Shown here piece after piece: positions 61,602 to 64,000 of a stretch of 64,000 nt of DNA; within the stretch, counting starts at the first letter, position 1; each line of letters begins with the position of its first letter. The notes under the pieces were generated by a model. It saw only the letters and a program-made list of their open reading frames with translations, searched no databases and had not been told where the DNA came from. This stretch comes from Alphaproteobacteria bacterium (GTDB taxonomy: Bacteria; Pseudomonadota; Alphaproteobacteria; CAAGCB01; CAG-977). Position numbers and translations under genes: made by a program. The DNA lies in contig JAFVAT010000005.1 of assembly GCA_017480385.1 (NCBI GenBank), forward strand, positions 85,205-149,204, given 5' to 3'.

Positions 61602-63176
61602 ATGGCACATCATTCAGAAGAAGATGATATCGAATTTGAAGCCAGCTTTTCCGGCAAGGAAGAAGCCGGAATACGGACCCGTCTGATTGCTCTGCAGGAA
61701 AAAATCCGAGAAGCGAATGTTCCCGTTATTATCCTGCTGTGCGGCGTAAACGGCTCCGGAAAAAATTCCGCGCTGGGCATTTTGCGTGACTGGCTGGATC
61801 AGCGCCAGCTTGATCTGCATGCCTATGAACGTCAGGACGTTCAAAAAGACCCGATCGAATTCAGACGCTATTGGTGTGATACGCCGATGAACGGCAATAC
61901 GGGCATTTTTGTCAGCTCATGGTATTCTGACCCTATGGTTTCCCACGCTTACGGCAAAACAGACGACGACGCTTTGTATAAACGGCTGGACGAATGCAAT
62001 GCTTTTGAAAAAGTTTTAGCCGATTCCAATGCCATTTTTTGCAAGCTGTGGTTTCACAAAAATAAAAATGATCAGGAATCTTTTTTGCGCGCCTTAGACG
62101 ATGATCCTTATGAAAAATGGCGCGTGATGCCGGACGATTGGAAAAACTGCTGCATGGCGGAAAAATTTGAAGCGACCACAAAGAAAATTATCCGCTATAC
62201 CGATAAAGAGTATGCCCCGTGGTTTGAAATCGAAACGGGAACTTTTACCGAACGGCTGCGAACCGCCATGAATGTCATCTGTACGCGTGTTGAAACGCAG
62301 ATCGCGGCACTAAAAAAGGAAAAAGAAAAGAAAAACGGCGAAGAAAAAAAGAAAAAAGACAGCCTTAAAAAGCCGAACTTTGTCAAAACGCTTGATATGA
62401 AAGCGGCTTTATCCAAAGAAGAATACTGTGAAATGCTGCCTTATCTGCGCGCCCGGTTAAACGCGCTGTTAATGGAGGTAAAAAAACGCGGCAAGAAAGT
62501 CATTTTAGCCTTTGAAGGACCTGATGCTTCAGGCAAGGGCGGCGTGATCAGCCGTTTGGCATCCTCTATTTTTGTGCGCGACTGCAATATTTTCCCGATC
62601 GCCGCGCCGACAAAAGAAGAAATCAACCATAATTATCTGTGGCGGTTTTGGACCCGCCTGACCAATCAAAAACTTTTAACCGTTTTTGACCGGACCTGGT
62701 ATGGCCGCGTTTTGGTGGAACGGATCGAACACTTTGCGGCTGACAAGGAATGGAAACGCGCTTATGACGAAATCAACCACTTTGAAAAGCAATTAGCAAA
62801 CGGCCGCAATATTGTTGTCAAATTTTTGCTTTACATTACCAAAGATGAACAAATGGTCCGTTTTAAGGCGCGTGAAGAAACCGATTATAAAAAGTGGAAA
62901 ATCGGCAGCGAAGATTGGCGCAACCGTGAAAAATGGGACCAGTATGATGAAGCCTTTGACGATATGCTGACCAAAACAAACACAAAGCATGCGCCATGGT
63001 TCGTCGTCGCGGACAACAATAAAAAATATGGCCGGATTCAAACAATGCGGCTGCTGTGCGAATATTTGGAAAAAGTGTTGGATTACGATCCTGCTGATGA
63101 AGTTCCGCCTCCGGAAAATGAAAAACAGGCCGGAAAATCCAAAAAAAATAAGAAAAAAAAGAAAAAATCCGCATAA
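61602..63176 (+). CDS. two-domain polyphosphate kinase 2 (PPK2, polyP:AMP/ADP phosphotransferase-like)
   Basis: 524 aa; two PPK2 P-loops 'CGVNGSGKN' and 'EGPDASGKGG'; poly-Lys C-terminal tail. Confidence 0.85.
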   Translation: MAHHSEEDDIEFEASFSGKEEAGIRTRLIALQEKIREANVPVIILLCGVNGSGKNSALGILRDWLDQRQLDLHAYERQDVQKDPIEFRRYWCDTPMNGNTGIFVSSWYSDPMVSHAYGKTDDDALYKRLDECNAFEKVLADSNAIFCKLWFHKNKNDQESFLRALDDDPYEKWRVMPDDWKNCCMAEKFEATTKKIIRYTDKEYAPWFEIETGTFTERLRTAMNVICTRVETQIAALKKEKEKKNGEEKKKKDSLKKPNFVKTLDMKAALSKEEYCEMLPYLRARLNALLMEVKKRGKKVILAFEGPDASGKGGVISRLASSIFVRDCNIFPIAAPTKEEINHNYLWRFWTRLTNQKLLTVFDRTWYGRVLVERIEHFAADKEWKRAYDEINHFEKQLANGRNIVVKFLLYITKDEQMVRFKAREETDYKKWKIGSEDWRNREKWDQYDEAFDDMLTKTNTKHAPWFVVADNNKKYGRIQTMRLLCEYLEKVLDYDPADEVPPPENEKQAGKSKKNKKKKKKSA

Positions 63177-63270
63177 AGTTCTTTAAATTCAAAAAAATCA
63201 ACGGTATAAAAATAAGACTTAAAAATTACGGATATCTGTCCGAAGGTCTTATTTTTTACCGGAGTTTTCC

Positions 63271-64000
63271 ATGAGAGAAGCAATTCAGGTTGATCAAAAA
63301 CTGCCTCTTTTGCAGGCTTTGCCGCTTTCCTTGCAGCACTTGTTTGCCATGTTCGGCGCGAATGTTTTAGTGCCGGTTTTATTGCATATCGATCCCGCTA
63401 TCGTTCTGTTGTTTAACGGTATCGGCACATTATTGTATATACTGATTACCAAAAAGAAGATCCCCGTTTATCTGGGCGCTTCTTCCGCGTTTATCGCCTG
63501 CGGATTGGCGGTCATTAATACCCCCAATCTGGGATATCCCGCAGCTTTGGGCGGCTTCATTACCGTCGGTATTGCATTTGTCTTTGTTTCCGCCGTCATT
63601 TCCAAAGTCGGCTATAGATGGGTTTACGCCATTCTGCCGCCGGCTTCAATCGGCGCGGTAATTGCCGTTATCGGTCTGGCGCTGGGCCCCATTGCCGCCA
63701 GAATGTCAGGTCTGACAGCGGAAGTTATGGATCCCGTCACGATTTCTATCGCTCTGGTCACGTTAGCCGTTACGGTTTTCGGATATGTTTTCTTCAAGGG
63801 ATTCCTGTCGATCATTCCGATTTTGGTCGGAATCGTTTCCGGCTATCTCTTCGCCGTTTGCATGGGACAAGTCGATTTTACATTGGTTAAGGAAGCTCCG
63901 TGGTTCTCTTTCCCGGAATTCACAACCCCCGTTTTTAAACCCGACGCCATTGCAATTATTCTGCCGGTCGCTCTTGTCTGTATTGCGGAACATATCGGAG
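63271..64000 (+). CDS. uracil/xanthine permease (NCS2 family), 3'-truncated by window end
   Basis: ATG at 63271; 'LQHLFAMFGANVLVPVLL' UraA-like; the ORF runs off the window. Confidence 0.75.
   Translation, partial: MREAIQVDQKLPLLQALPLSLQHLFAMFGANVLVPVLLHIDPAIVLLFNGIGTLLYILITKKKIPVYLGASSAFIACGLAVINTPNLGYPAALGGFITVGIAFVFVSAVISKVGYRWVYAILPPASIGAVIAVIGLALGPIAARMSGLTAEVMDPVTISIALVTLAVTVFGYVFFKGFLSIIPILVGIVSGYLFAVCMGQVDFTLVKEAPWFSFPEFTTPVFKPDAIAIILPVALVCIAEHIG

Noticed and set aside
1-64000. Prophage, IS or integrative element bounding the CRISPR/flavoprotein block
   Set aside because: No integrase, transposase, terminal inverted repeats or att-like direct repeats could be identified in the window.

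Overview
This 64-kb window appears to come from a moderate-GC alphaproteobacterium, possibly a gut Rhodospirillales-like anaerobe. The lineage call is an inference from synteny (murJ-glnD-mutS, tsaE-amgK-murU-addB-addA-trxA, HTH_XRE-metK-trmB-rimP-nusA-infB-rbfA). Positions 17-64 kb are mostly conserved housekeeping genes: rpmB, murJ, glnD, mutS, malic enzyme, typA, addAB, trxA, metK, trmB, rimP, nusA, infB, rbfA, ppk1, ppk2 and a partial uracil permease. Positions 1-16.2 kb are an accessory block in which every gene lies on the minus strand. (1) The block contains a complete, compact type II-C CRISPR-Cas locus: cas9 (1066 aa), cas1, cas2, and 9 repeats of 36 bp with 8 spacers. Each repeat carries a full sigma70-type promoter (TTGACG-N16-TGcTATAAT) on the + strand, which implies repeat-driven, processing-independent crRNA transcription of the kind described in Neisseria. 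A candidate tracrRNA with an anti-repeat and an intrinsic terminator lies between cas9 and rpmB, transcribed divergently from cas9. (2) Next to it is a cluster of 13 co-oriented genes dominated by Sec/TAT-exported flavoproteins, alpha/beta hydrolases, a TetR regulator and a carboxymuconolactone decarboxylase (CMD)-cupin fusion. The cluster includes flavodoxin-like, NADPH-FMN-reductase-like, flavin-reductase-like and DUF362 proteins. Two of its promoters carry a shared 22-bp palindromic motif, and TGACTTnAAGTCA operator palindromes recur upstream of tetR and upstream of the CMD-cupin gene. There is also a ~590-bp duplicated paralogous gene segment and a hydrolase gene interrupted by a single in-frame TGA. 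Other points of interest are a 580-bp gene-free convergent intergenic region (56.3-56.9 kb) with paired GGCCCT-containing hairpins (candidate sRNA), a highly charged K/R/E-rich orphan protein, and a terminator hairpin directly upstream of rimP. I found no integrase, transposase, tRNA or rRNA. I could not do any homology search here, so all family assignments rest on motifs I recognised in the translations.
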